Virus record (IMG/VR): IMGVR_UViG_3300033273_000282
Location: 1-64,000 of that record
Length of the DNA: 64,000 nucleotides
DNA from: a virus
Lineage: Duplodnaviria > Caudoviricetes
Strand: one strand, 5' to 3'
This document shows, one piece after another, positions 55,752-64,000 of this stretch. Below the pieces are notes generated by a model. The model saw only the letters and a program-made list of their open reading frames with translations. It ran no database searches and had not been told where the DNA came from. The position numbers and the translations under genes are program-made. How positions within the stretch are numbered: the first letter of the stretch is position 1; every line of letters starts with the position of its first letter.

Positions 55752-56767
55752 AAGTAGGAATAATTGGACTAGGTAGGATGGGCGAGGGCATGTCCCGTCG
55801 TCTCATTGCTGCTGGTCACGAAGTACACGGATTTAGAAACAATGTTCAAAAAGCTGAGGCACAATATGAGGCGGGTTATATCAGTGGATATACCACTTCT
55901 ATACAAAGCCTTGTTCAAGTAGTTGGTGACAAAGGTCCTGGCGTCTATATGATGGTAGTACCAGCAGAAACTGTGGAGGACACACTTAATGAGTTACTAC
56001 AATTTTGTGTGGAGGGTGATATTATTATTGATCATGGCAATTCCAATTTTAAGGACTCTAGACGGAGGGCAGAAAGGTTGTCTAAACTGGGCATCCAATA
56101 TCTTGACTGTGGTACTAGTGGTGGTGTTTACGGTTTGGAGCGTGGATACTGTCTTATGGTTGGTGGTTCAGATACTGCAGTATCCGTCTGCCGTCCTATC
56201 TTTGACGCACTCGCCCCAGGCATCGATGCTGCCCCTAGAACCGATGACAGAAGCTACGTTACACCTGCTGAATCAGGTTGGTTACGTTGTGGCGGTCCTG
56301 GAGCAGGTCACTTTGTGAAGATGGTTCACAACGGGATTGAATATGGTATAATGCAATCCTATGCCGAAGGTTTCAACATTCTCCATGAAGCAAACGCAGG
56401 TGCTAAGTATGTCAAAGCAGGAGACGCAGAGGTCGCCCCAATGGACAACCCTGCCGATTATCAGTATGATATCAACGTTGCTGAGGTGGCTGAGTTATGG
56501 CGTCGTGGTAGCGTGGTTGGTAGTTGGTTACTCGATCTTACCGCTGATGTTCTACGGCACGATAGAGAGCTTAGCAAATTCGATGGGGGAGTTAGCGACA
56601 GTGGTGAGGGTCGTTGGACGGTTCACGCTGCTGTGGATCTTGGCGTACCCGCTCCTGTCATCAGCAGTGCGTTGTGGGCACGCTTTGAGTCGCGCCGTCT
56701 TGGTGCTTTCACAGCCAAGGTTTTGAATGGAATGAGAGCTATGTTTGGTGGTCATGACGTTCGCTGA
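55748..56767 (+). CDS. gnd: 6-phosphogluconate dehydrogenase (short type)
   Basis: GIIGLGRMG; DCGTSGG; GHFVKMVHNGIEYG; VSDSGEGRW. Confidence 0.97.
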   Translation: MKVGIIGLGRMGEGMSRRLIAAGHEVHGFRNNVQKAEAQYEAGYISGYTTSIQSLVQVVGDKGPGVYMMVVPAETVEDTLNELLQFCVEGDIIIDHGNSNFKDSRRRAERLSKLGIQYLDCGTSGGVYGLERGYCLMVGGSDTAVSVCRPIFDALAPGIDAAPRTDDRSYVTPAESGWLRCGGPGAGHFVKMVHNGIEYGIMQSYAEGFNILHEANAGAKYVKAGDAEVAPMDNPADYQYDINVAEVAELWRRGSVVGSWLLDLTADVLRHDRELSKFDGGVSDSGEGRWTVHAAVDLGVPAPVISSALWARFESRRLGAFTAKVLNGMRAMFGGHDVR

Positions 56768-56885
56768 TGTCTTACTTTGGGGAGCAATACCCTTTTTATG
56801 TGCCACCCTGTTCTTTGGAGCCTATAAGGGTGAAACTCAATACTACGATTCGGACGACTATGATGGAAACGGCACCGCTCACTAA
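56754..56885 (+). CDS. 43-aa single-transmembrane peptide overlapping gnd and zwf
   Basis: MTFADVLLWGAIPFLCATLFFGAYKGETQYYDSDDYDGNGTAH; translated by hand. Confidence 0.65.
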   Translation: MTFADVLLWGAIPFLCATLFFGAYKGETQYYDSDDYDGNGTAH

Positions 56886-58200
56886 GGGAATTGTTATCTT
56901 TGGAGCAACGGGAGACCTTTGTAAAAAGAAACTAATTCCAGCACTCTACAAACTATGGCAGAAAGATCTTCTACCAGACAACTTTTTAATTACTGGTTGT
57001 GCCAGAAGATCACCATCTGCTAAAGAGTGGAAAGAATCTCTGGGAAATTATCCAGAAGAGTTCTTCTACCATTTAGATTATGTTTCTGCTGATTTAGATA
57101 ATCCAAATTCTCTCAGGGCACTTCCACATTATCTAGATGATATGACTTACTTTCTTTCTGTTCCACCAGAAAGATATGCTTCAGCAATAGAATCACTCAA
57201 ATCTATAGGTAGGTTAGATGATCCAGAAAAAACTAGGGTGGTTATCGAGAAACCCTTTGGGCACGATTATAAATCTGCTGATCATTTATCATCTGTGGTG
57301 GCTCGACATCTACGCGAGAAACAAGTATATCGCATTGACCATTATCTCGGCAAAGATACTGTTAATAATATCCTTGCCACTCGCTTTAGTAATATACTTC
57401 TGGAGCCACTTTGGAACAGGCAGTACATAGATGAGGTACAGATCTTTGCTTCTGAAACTATCGGTTGCGAAGGTCGTTCTCAATACTATGAGACTGCTGG
57501 TGCTGTGCGTGACATGCTACAGAACCATATTCTACAGGTGTTTTCACTGGTTGCTATGGAACCTCCCTGTCGTATGGACGCTAGGGAAGTCAGACGTGAG
57601 AAGACAAAAGTTCTTGCTGCTACTCGCTTAGGGGAGGATACAACCTTTGGACAATATGCTGGCTACAAATCTGAAGAGGGCGTTGATCCTAACAGTGGCA
57701 CTCCTACCTTCGTTGCTGGTACTTTATACTGTGATAACTGGCGTTGGGAGGGAGTTCCTTTTCGCTTCATGACTGGTAAGAAACTTCCCTACCAATGTGT
57801 AGAGGTAGTTATTAAACTCAAGGTACCACCACTCAAACTATACGAGGGCGAAGTAAATGATCGTATCGTTATGCGTTTACAGCCTAATCCTCATCTGGAT
57901 ATCCGTATGGATATCAAAGCACCTGGACTGAACGATAGTCTAGAACTTGCTACACTTACTCATGCCTATCCTCAGGACAGAGCGGTTGATGGCTACGAAA
58001 AACTTTTATATGATGCTATCAATGGTGATCAATCACACTTCGTCCATGTTGATGAAGTCATGGAGTCTTGGAGGATTGTAGATGACCTTCTTTGTACTGG
58101 TGATAGTTGTCCAATTCGCACTGTCCCTTACATCTACACTGGTGGGTGGGGTCCGACGTACAAGACCGAACGCATCACGAAATGGGATTACCCTTCTTGA
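56860..58200 (+). CDS. zwf: glucose-6-phosphate dehydrogenase
   Basis: IFGATGDL; RIDHYLGK; EKPFG; DMLQNH; RWEGVPF; start trimmed to 56860 or 56863. Confidence 0.97.
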   Translation: MMETAPLTKGIVIFGATGDLCKKKLIPALYKLWQKDLLPDNFLITGCARRSPSAKEWKESLGNYPEEFFYHLDYVSADLDNPNSLRALPHYLDDMTYFLSVPPERYASAIESLKSIGRLDDPEKTRVVIEKPFGHDYKSADHLSSVVARHLREKQVYRIDHYLGKDTVNNILATRFSNILLEPLWNRQYIDEVQIFASETIGCEGRSQYYETAGAVRDMLQNHILQVFSLVAMEPPCRMDAREVRREKTKVLAATRLGEDTTFGQYAGYKSEEGVDPNSGTPTFVAGTLYCDNWRWEGVPFRFMTGKKLPYQCVEVVIKLKVPPLKLYEGEVNDRIVMRLQPNPHLDIRMDIKAPGLNDSLELATLTHAYPQDRAVDGYEKLLYDAINGDQSHFVHVDEVMESWRIVDDLLCTGDSCPIRTVPYIYTGGWGPTYKTERITKWDYPS

Positions 58201-58243
58201 CAAAGAGTATGAAGAAGTGTAAACTAAATATCATAATAAATAC
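58197..58243 (+). promoter_or_regulatory. hybrid psbD promoter (sigma70 plus late boxes)
   Basis: TTGACA (58197)-N17-TAAACT (58220), followed by two TAAATA boxes. Confidence 0.8.
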
Positions 58244-58254
58244 GATTGGAGGTT

Positions 58255-59316
58255 ATGGCTTCTTCAACTCTTTCGCCGCCCATTTCACAGCGAGGTTGGT
58301 TCGATGTCCTGGATGACTGGCTTAAACGAGACCGCTTTGTATTTGTGGGCTGGTCTGGACTATTACTTTTTCCCACTGCTTATCTGGCAATTGGTGGCTG
58401 GCTTACTGGCACGACGTTTGTTACAAGCTGGTACACCCACGGGCTTGCGTCTTCTTACCTTGAGGGCGCTAATTTTCTCACGGCAGCAGTGTCAACTCCT
58501 GCTGACGCTATGGGTCATTCTCTTCTTCTACTTTGGGGTCCTGAGTCTCAGGGAGACATTATCAGGTGGTTCCAACTGGGAGGACTCTGGAATTTTGTGG
58601 CGCTCCACGGAGCCTTTGCTCTCATAGGATTTATGCTTCGGCAGTTTGAGATTAGTCGTTTAGTAGGTATTCGTCCGTACAATGCTATCGCTTTTTCAGG
58701 TCCGATTGCTGTCTTTACTTCTGTTTTTCTAATTTACCCTCTCGGACAATCCAGTTGGTTCTTTGCGCCGTCGTTTGGTGTTGCAGCGATATTTAGGTTC
58801 CTCCTATTCCTACAGGGCTTCCACAACTGGACGCTCAACCCGTTTCATATGATGGGTGTAGCAGGTATCCTTGGAGGAGCCTTGCTTTCTGCGATCCATG
58901 GTGTTACAGTAGAGAATACTTTGTATGAAGACGGTGAGCAAGCAAACACGTTCAAAGCATTCGACACAACTCAAGAAGAAGAAACTTATTCAATGGTTAC
59001 GGCTAATCGTTTTTGGTCGCAGATTTTCGGTATTGCGTTTAGCAATAAGCGTTGGTTGCATTTTTTCATGTTGTTTGTTCCTGTTATGGGTCTCTGGACA
59101 TCTTCAATCGGGATCATCGGTCTTGCACTCAACCTTCGTGCATACGATTTTGTAAGTCAGGAGATTAGAGCGGCAGAGGATCCTGAGTTTGAGACGTTCT
59201 ACACCAAGAACATTCTATTGAATGAAGGTCTACGTGCTTGGATGGCACCAGTCGATCAGCCACATGAGAACTTCGTCTTCCCAGAAGAAGTGTTGCCAAG
59301 GGGCAACGCTCTGTGA
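58255..59316 (+). CDS. psbD: photosystem II D2 protein
   Basis: [23 protein letters not shown]...[19 protein letters not shown]...[10 protein letters not shown]; GGAGG ribosome-binding site. Confidence 0.99.
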   Translation: MASSTLSPPISQRGWFDVLDDWLKRDRFVFVGWSGLLLFPTAYLAIGGWLTGTTFVTSWYTHGLASSYLEGANFLTAAVSTPADAMGHSLLLLWGPESQGDIIRWFQLGGLWNFVALHGAFALIGFMLRQFEISRLVGIRPYNAIAFSGPIAVFTSVFLIYPLGQSSWFFAPSFGVAAIFRFLLFLQGFHNWTLNPFHMMGVAGILGGALLSAIHGVTVENTLYEDGEQANTFKAFDTTQEEETYSMVTANRFWSQIFGIAFSNKRWLHFFMLFVPVMGLWTSSIGIIGLALNLRAYDFVSQEIRAAEDPEFETFYTKNILLNEGLRAWMAPVDQPHENFVFPEEVLPRGNAL

Positions 59317-59324
59317 TATACTAC

Positions 59325-59347
59325 GAGGGTCAAACGACCCTCTTTTT
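59325..59347 (+). terminator. intrinsic terminator after psbD
   Basis: GAGGGTC-AAAC-GACCCTC-TTTTT. Confidence 0.85.
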
Positions 59348-59348
59348 A

Positions 59349-59573
59349 ATGGAAGAAGAAGTTAAGTGGATCGATGATGCCTTCCGAATGGAGAAGACAC
59401 GCATGGGTCTCTGGAAAAGCGTACTCAAGGAGGGAGAAAAAGATTTCATCTTTGGACTTGAGCATGACTCGGTAGTATCGATTAGCCGATGGCATCTGAA
59501 GTGCCTACAGGATGGTACACTTGATCAGCACACTAAGGTTGTCAACGATGGTAAAGTTGGTGGTAAGCTGTAG
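59349..59573 (+). CDS. hypothetical protein
   Basis: MEEEVKWIDDAFRMEKTRMGLWKS...; start trimmed to after the terminator. Confidence 0.7.
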   Translation: MEEEVKWIDDAFRMEKTRMGLWKSVLKEGEKDFIFGLEHDSVVSISRWHLKCLQDGTLDQHTKVVNDGKVGGKL

Positions 59574-59674
59574 GGAAAATGACTTTTTAGTTACAAAAAA
59601 GTCGAAAAAAAAATTCTGGCAATTTTTTTGCCCCCAGGGTTTTTCTAAATATATCTAACGTGTGAACTCCAGTC

Positions 59675-59887
59675 ATGGAAAACATCGAACAACACATTGA
59701 GAAGGACAAAGCGATTCTTCAAGATCCCACCCTCTCTCCACAGATGCGCCGACATACTGCTGAAGAGTTGAAAGAGCTTGAAGAATACGCAAAGCGTCAT
59801 CCAGACGATCATCATGATCCCACTCCATTGGAGTTGTATTGTGACACGCACCCTGGAGATCTGGAGTGTAGAGTATACGAAGACTGA
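59675..59887 (+). CDS. cp12: phage-type CP12 (Calvin cycle inhibitor)
   Basis: C-terminal DPTPLELYCDTHPGDLECRVYED; TAAATA at 59646. Confidence 0.9.
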   Translation: MENIEQHIEKDKAILQDPTLSPQMRRHTAEELKELEEYAKRHPDDHHDPTPLELYCDTHPGDLECRVYED

Positions 59888-60489
59888 TGAACTTTATTGG
59901 CATTTACGATGATTTCCTTACCAAAGAGGAATGTGAGATTGTTATCTCCTATTTTCATAAGAATAAAGAGAGACAAGAGGAGGGTCAGATTGGCTACGGG
60001 TTTGTGGATAAAGATCTAAAAGATTCAACAGATCTCTATTGCTTCTTTACTGACTCTCTATTCACCCACCAGATCCTCTACAAGGGCATTGAAACTGCCT
60101 TTAAGAAGTATGAGGAGGAACACCCCGCCTTCCAGTACACAGATCGTTTTCACCTGTGTGACGGGTTCAACATCCAAAAGTATGAGCCAGGGCAGGGATT
60201 CAAATTATGGCATCATGAGACTACCAACTTTGTAAACTATCCAAACCCCCAGACCACGAGAGCACTGGCATGGATGGTCAACTTGAACGATGTGCCCGAC
60301 GGAGGTACGATGTTCTTGGAGCAAGACTTTACAATGGAAGCAAAGACTGGTAGAGTGAGCATCTGGCCAGCAGCATGGACACATGTACATAAAGGTCAGG
60401 TTTCAGAACAGCACACTAAATACATCGCAACAGGTTGGTTTAATTATGACATCCCCAACTATGAACAAGACGTTCGTGATTTACAGTAA
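59887..60489 (+). CDS. 2OG-Fe(II) oxygenase
   Basis: NIQKYEPGQGFKLWHHE...AWMVNLNDV..GGT.F...WPAAWTHVHKG...KYIATGW. Confidence 0.9.
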   Translation: MNFIGIYDDFLTKEECEIVISYFHKNKERQEEGQIGYGFVDKDLKDSTDLYCFFTDSLFTHQILYKGIETAFKKYEEEHPAFQYTDRFHLCDGFNIQKYEPGQGFKLWHHETTNFVNYPNPQTTRALAWMVNLNDVPDGGTMFLEQDFTMEAKTGRVSIWPAAWTHVHKGQVSEQHTKYIATGWFNYDIPNYEQDVRDLQ

Positions 60490-60703
60490 ACAAGGATGTC
60501 CTTTTTGTACGAAGATCGAAAAGGTCATGAAGTTGTCGGAACAGAAGCATGTAATCTACATGCTAGACAGAGACTTCACTAAAGAAGAATTCTATAATGA
60601 GTTTGGCTTTGGTTCTACCTTCCCTCAAGTTATCCTGGGTGAAGAAAAACTCGGTGGTTGTACAGACACCGTGGCATATTTGAAAGAGAACGGAATGATT
60701 TAA
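60461..60703 (+). CDS. nrdC: glutaredoxin
   Basis: IYSKQGCPFC...TFPQV...LGGCTD. Confidence 0.92.
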   Translation: MNKTFVIYSKQGCPFCTKIEKVMKLSEQKHVIYMLDRDFTKEEFYNEFGFGSTFPQVILGEEKLGGCTDTVAYLKENGMI

Positions 60704-61053
60704 TGGAAGAACTCTATTCGCTAGTTGAAGCATCGATAGACGTAGCGGTATTTCAGAAGAAGTTTATCTTTAATATGTACGGTTACCTCAAAGGTCAGGG
60801 TGCTAAACGGAAAGTAGCGACAGAGTTCTTGGATAGTCCCACTAGAGTCAACCTCCAGCAAACTATTGCTGATCTTGATACCTACATTAAAGGTGGGGAC
60901 AAGACCATTAAGGAGGGGTACTGTTTTCTGTCTAAGCCTGAAGCTCGGAAGATTAGAACTTATTTGATCAAGATTATTGAAGACGCTGAACGTTATGAGT
61001 ACGATCGAAGACCAGGCAGAAGGAAGAAATCTACCAAGATTCTCAATAAATAA
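60703..61053 (+). CDS. hypothetical protein
   Basis: MEELYSLVEASID...GYCFLSKPEARKIR...RRPGRRKK. Confidence 0.75.
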   Translation: MEELYSLVEASIDVAVFQKKFIFNMYGYLKGQGAKRKVATEFLDSPTRVNLQQTIADLDTYIKGGDKTIKEGYCFLSKPEARKIRTYLIKIIEDAERYEYDRRPGRRKKSTKILNK

Positions 61054-61066
61054 AGGAATAGAGTTA

Positions 61067-61186
61067 ATGTTGCCAAGGGCGGCAAGGAGGGAAAAAAAGA
61101 GTCCAATAGACTTGGATGTCACTCTCCCCTTCTTTAAGTGGCGAGTACGTTTCAAGTTCTCGTTAGATGTAGTACGCCAGGAGTAA
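61067..61186 (+). CDS. small hypothetical protein
   Basis: TAAATA upstream; MLPRAARREK...FFKWRVRF. Confidence 0.55.
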   Translation: MLPRAARREKKSPIDLDVTLPFFKWRVRFKFSLDVVRQE

Positions 61187-61187
61187 C

Positions 61188-61418
61188 ATGGAAACCAACG
61201 TAATCCTTTTCTTCTCCGCAGTGGCTATGATTGCCACGTTTATGATCGGAGGAATCATTGGTTGGACATACAGACAAGAAGTGTCCAAGCCCAAGCTCGT
61301 AGTCAATCATCCAGAAATGTTTGATGATGAAGGTCAATACATCAACGAGGAGTTGGTAGCAGTTCGTTTCATTGAACTGGACGACTCTTACTATGAGGTT
61401 GACGAAGATGACGAGTAA
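61188..61418 (+). CDS. small membrane protein
   Basis: GGAG ribosome-binding site; transmembrane segment then NHPEMFDDEG. Confidence 0.75.
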   Translation: METNVILFFSAVAMIATFMIGGIIGWTYRQEVSKPKLVVNHPEMFDDEGQYINEELVAVRFIELDDSYYEVDEDDE

Positions 61419-61428
61419 CCTGTATAAT
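61399..61428 (+). promoter_or_regulatory. sigma70-type promoter
   Basis: TTGACG-N18-TATAAT with TG extension. Confidence 0.65.
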
Positions 61429-61450
61429 TATTACTAACGATACTTTTATC

Positions 61451-61903
61451 ATGGCTAAGAAACTGCCCGACAACGCCCTGCTCTCTGAGATTTTTCAGCA
61501 GGTGTCTTCTGCTAAAACAAAGGCAGAGAAGGTCAAACTTCTACGGGAGTACAATACGAACGGACTTCGCTCCGTTCTTATCATCAACTTTGATGAGTCC
61601 CTAAAGTTCCTTCTCCCTCCTGGTGAGGTACCTTACACTAAGAACGAAGCACCTGCTGGAACAGAGCATACACGTATCGATCATGAGTATCGTAAGTTCT
61701 ATCGCTTCTTCAAGGGTGGTGATGGTTCTTTGACCAGTATGCGACGTGAGCAACTGTTCATTCAGTTGCTTGAAGGACTACACCAAGACGAAGCAGAAGT
61801 GCTTATTATGGCTTGTAATAAAGATCTTCAATCGAAGTATCGTATTACCAAGCAGGTAGTTTCTGAAGCATTCCCTGCTATTGAGTGGGGGAATCGTGGA
61901 TGA
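61451..61903 (+). CDS. DUF6433-like protein
   Basis: LLSEIFQQVSSAKTKAEKVKLL...LPPGEVPY...REQLFIQLLEGLH..EAE. Confidence 0.8.
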   Translation: MAKKLPDNALLSEIFQQVSSAKTKAEKVKLLREYNTNGLRSVLIINFDESLKFLLPPGEVPYTKNEAPAGTEHTRIDHEYRKFYRFFKGGDGSLTSMRREQLFIQLLEGLHQDEAEVLIMACNKDLQSKYRITKQVVSEAFPAIEWGNRG

Positions 61904-62217
61904 TGTGGGACAGCAACAATGAGGTGGCAGAGAGGGAGGACAAATACTCCATTGCTTTGCTAGAACTCGACTGCCAACCCGACGCTGCTAAAAATCCTAA
62001 ACTCCCTAGAAATTCATACTTAGTAACCTACATGATCAACGGTGTCGTTCATTACGACATCGCTGTAGGTCTAAGGTCTAATATATTTGACTGCTACTAT
62101 GACAAACTCGGAAGAGGAGCTATTCGGGGGATCGTCTGGACCGATGGAAAAGTTGTCGCTAAGCTCTTTAACAAAAAAGAATATCTCAAAGAACATAGAG
62201 GAACTACTAAAACGTAA
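61900..62217 (+). CDS. hypothetical protein
   Basis: KLPRNSYLVTY...YDI...IFDCYYD. Confidence 0.7.
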   Translation: MMWDSNNEVAEREDKYSIALLELDCQPDAAKNPKLPRNSYLVTYMINGVVHYDIAVGLRSNIFDCYYDKLGRGAIRGIVWTDGKVVAKLFNKKEYLKEHRGTTKT

Positions 62218-62312
62218 AGACGATACGTTTAATTTCTCATCTGAAACTGAGGATCTCGAAGAACTAGCCGACGAGATCTTCGACGCACTTTATTACCACA
62301 CCCTGAAACAAA

Positions 62313-62483
62313 ATGAAGACACGTCAAGCGATTCGCAAAGCACTTGAACAGCCTTGGCTTTATGATGACAATGAGTTAGAATACATGAAGGCTAAGCTTA
62401 AAGAGCGTACCCTTAAGAGGAAGAAGGAACTCTGGGCACGCCGCTGTGGTCAAGGATTTAGTAATTATGAGTGCCCTGAATGA
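62313..62483 (+). CDS. small basic hypothetical protein (56 aa)
   Basis: MKTRQAIRKALEQPWLYDDNELEYMK...; ATGA overlap with thyX. Confidence 0.65.
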   Translation: MKTRQAIRKALEQPWLYDDNELEYMKAKLKERTLKRKKELWARRCGQGFSNYECPE

Positions 62484-63169
62484 ACGTACGCCTTATCTCT
62501 GTAACCCCTGACGCTGAGAAAACGATGGGGTATGTTGCTCGTGTGAGTAACCCTGCTAACCAAGAGAATCCGAACGTCGCTGGTCTGCTGAAGTATTGTA
62601 TCAAGCACAACCACTGGTCTGTGTTCGAGCAATCCTTCATGACGTTGGAGATTGAGACGAATCGTGGTATCGCAGCTCAAATACTGCGCCACCGTTCGTT
62701 CACATATCAAGAGTTCTCTCAACGGTATGCTGATTCTTCCTTACTCTCGGAGAACATTCCTCTTCCAGAACTCCGTCGTCAGGACACCAAGAATCGTCAG
62801 AATTCCATTGACGATATTGATGATTGGACTCAGACGAGGTTCAACATGAAGATGACTAGACTCTTCACTCAATCCATGGATTTGTACAAAGAGATGTTGG
62901 ATGCTGGCATTGCTAAGGAGTGTGCCCGTTTTGTTTTACCTCTCGCTACTCCTACTCGCATCTATATGAGTGGCTCATGTCGCTCATGGATCCACTATAT
63001 AGATTTACGTTCCGCCCATGGAACTCAGAAGGAACACATGGAGATTGCTGAGGCTTGCCGACGTATCTTCATTTGTAAGTTTCCCACCGTCGCAGAAGCA
63101 CTCGGATGGTCTTGTCCTAATAATGACTGTGAATGTGATGATATCCAACCCGCACTAAGGATTGACTGA
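62480..63169 (+). CDS. thyX: flavin-dependent thymidylate synthase
   Basis: HWSVFE; QILRHRSFTYQEFSQRY; ARFVLP; TQKEH. Confidence 0.97.
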   Translation: MNVRLISVTPDAEKTMGYVARVSNPANQENPNVAGLLKYCIKHNHWSVFEQSFMTLEIETNRGIAAQILRHRSFTYQEFSQRYADSSLLSENIPLPELRRQDTKNRQNSIDDIDDWTQTRFNMKMTRLFTQSMDLYKEMLDAGIAKECARFVLPLATPTRIYMSGSCRSWIHYIDLRSAHGTQKEHMEIAEACRRIFICKFPTVAEALGWSCPNNDCECDDIQPALRID

Positions 63170-63408
63170 TGGCTTGTTATCCTGTAAAAAACTTGAAAAC
63201 GGGAGAGACCATGGAACTCTTCATGCCTCTCGCTGAGTATGAACAATGGAGAAAAGACAATCCCGACTGGGATAAGGACTGGGAAGCAGGGACAGCTGGT
63301 GCTGTCTCTGGTGTGGGGGATTACCAAGACAAACTCCCACAAGGTTTCAAAGACCGTCTGAACAACGTCAAAAAACACCACCCTTACGCTAAATTCGATA
63401 GAATCTAA
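63169..63408 (+). CDS. hypothetical protein
   Basis: YPVKNLKTGE...EYEQWRKDNPDW...GFKDRL. Confidence 0.75.
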   Translation: MACYPVKNLKTGETMELFMPLAEYEQWRKDNPDWDKDWEAGTAGAVSGVGDYQDKLPQGFKDRLNNVKKHHPYAKFDRI

Positions 63409-63412
63409 GCCT

Positions 63413-64000
63413 ATGCCCGCAACCAAAAAGCAACCCTCAATGGTCGGACTCACCAAAAGACAGATGAAACGGAAACCAATCGGAACACAACACCTCATAG
63501 ACATTAAACCTATGACTCCTGCTCAGGAGAAGGTGTTTGAGGCTTATGCTCAGCAAAAGAATCTGTTCCTCTACGGGGCTGCTGGTACTGGTAAATCATT
63601 CGTGGCAATGTATCTCGCACTGAAGGAGATCCTTCAGGAGAACAGTCAGTACGAGAAACTATACATCGTTCGCTCTCTGGTTCCCACTCGTGAGATCGGC
63701 TTCCTCCCTGGTGATCATGAGGACAAGTCCAACTTGTATCAGATCCCATACAAGAACATGGTCAAATACATGTTCGAGATGCCTGATGACAGCTCCTTTG
63801 ACATGCTGTATCAGAACCTGAAGGGTCAAGATACTATCTCCTTCTGGTCTACATCATTCATTCGTGGCACTACTATTGACAATGCTATCGTTATTGTTGA
63901 TGAGTGTCAGAACCTCAACTTCCACGAGCTTGACTCCATCATCACCCGTCTTGGTGTCAACTCTAAGATTATTTTCGCAGGTGATATTGCTCAGACTGAT
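63413..64000 (+). CDS. phoH: PhoH-family ATPase (truncated by window)
   Basis: GAAGTGKS; IVRSLVPTREIGFLPG; SFIRGTT; IVDECQN; GDIAQTD. Confidence 0.95.
   Translation, partial: MPATKKQPSMVGLTKRQMKRKPIGTQHLIDIKPMTPAQEKVFEAYAQQKNLFLYGAAGTGKSFVAMYLALKEILQENSQYEKLYIVRSLVPTREIGFLPGDHEDKSNLYQIPYKNMVKYMFEMPDDSSFDMLYQNLKGQDTISFWSTSFIRGTTIDNAIVIVDECQNLNFHELDSIITRLGVNSKIIFAGDIAQTD

Noticed and set aside
56767-56859. N-terminal extension of zwf in the ORF track
   Set aside because: G6PDH similarity starts near 56890; the region is better explained by the 43-aa peptide in another frame
56754-56885. Calling the small peptide PsbN
   Set aside because: It lacks the PsbN DPFEEHxD ending; left unnamed
59571-59651. 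tRNA
   Set aside because: No T-loop or D-loop consensus and no acceptor stem; stems are homopolymeric

Overview
This window is part of a T4-like cyanophage (myovirus) genome, probably from a marine Synechococcus host given gnd, zwf, petE, PTOX, psbD and cp12. All credible genes are on the + strand. (1) 1-5.8 kb: an HNH endonuclease, a tight cluster of cyanobacterial-type DnaA boxes, a long A/T-tract inverted repeat, then an array of small early genes. Most are preceded by a repeated dyad plus extended -10 promoter module, and the distal part is GC-rich. (2) 5.8-47.7 kb: late structural genes: PAAR spike, gp25, gp6, a giant gp7-like protein, gp8, a VrlC/DUF4815-like protein, two giant fibre proteins, a putative tip protein and a chaperone. 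(3) 47.7-53.5 kb: a cluster of 2OG-Fe(II) oxygenases, then gp13, gp14, gp15 and gp16. (4) 54-64 kb: petE, PTOX, gnd, zwf, psbD, cp12, a further oxygenase, glutaredoxin, thyX and phoH; no gp17 follows gp16. The most striking observations are the nested (last-in-first-out) repeat architecture of the fibre proteins, a candidate DnaA-dependent origin or DnaA-titration locus, and the dyad-bounded early gene cassette array. No tRNA, CRISPR, intein or reverse transcriptase was seen. All family names come from motif recognition, not database searches.
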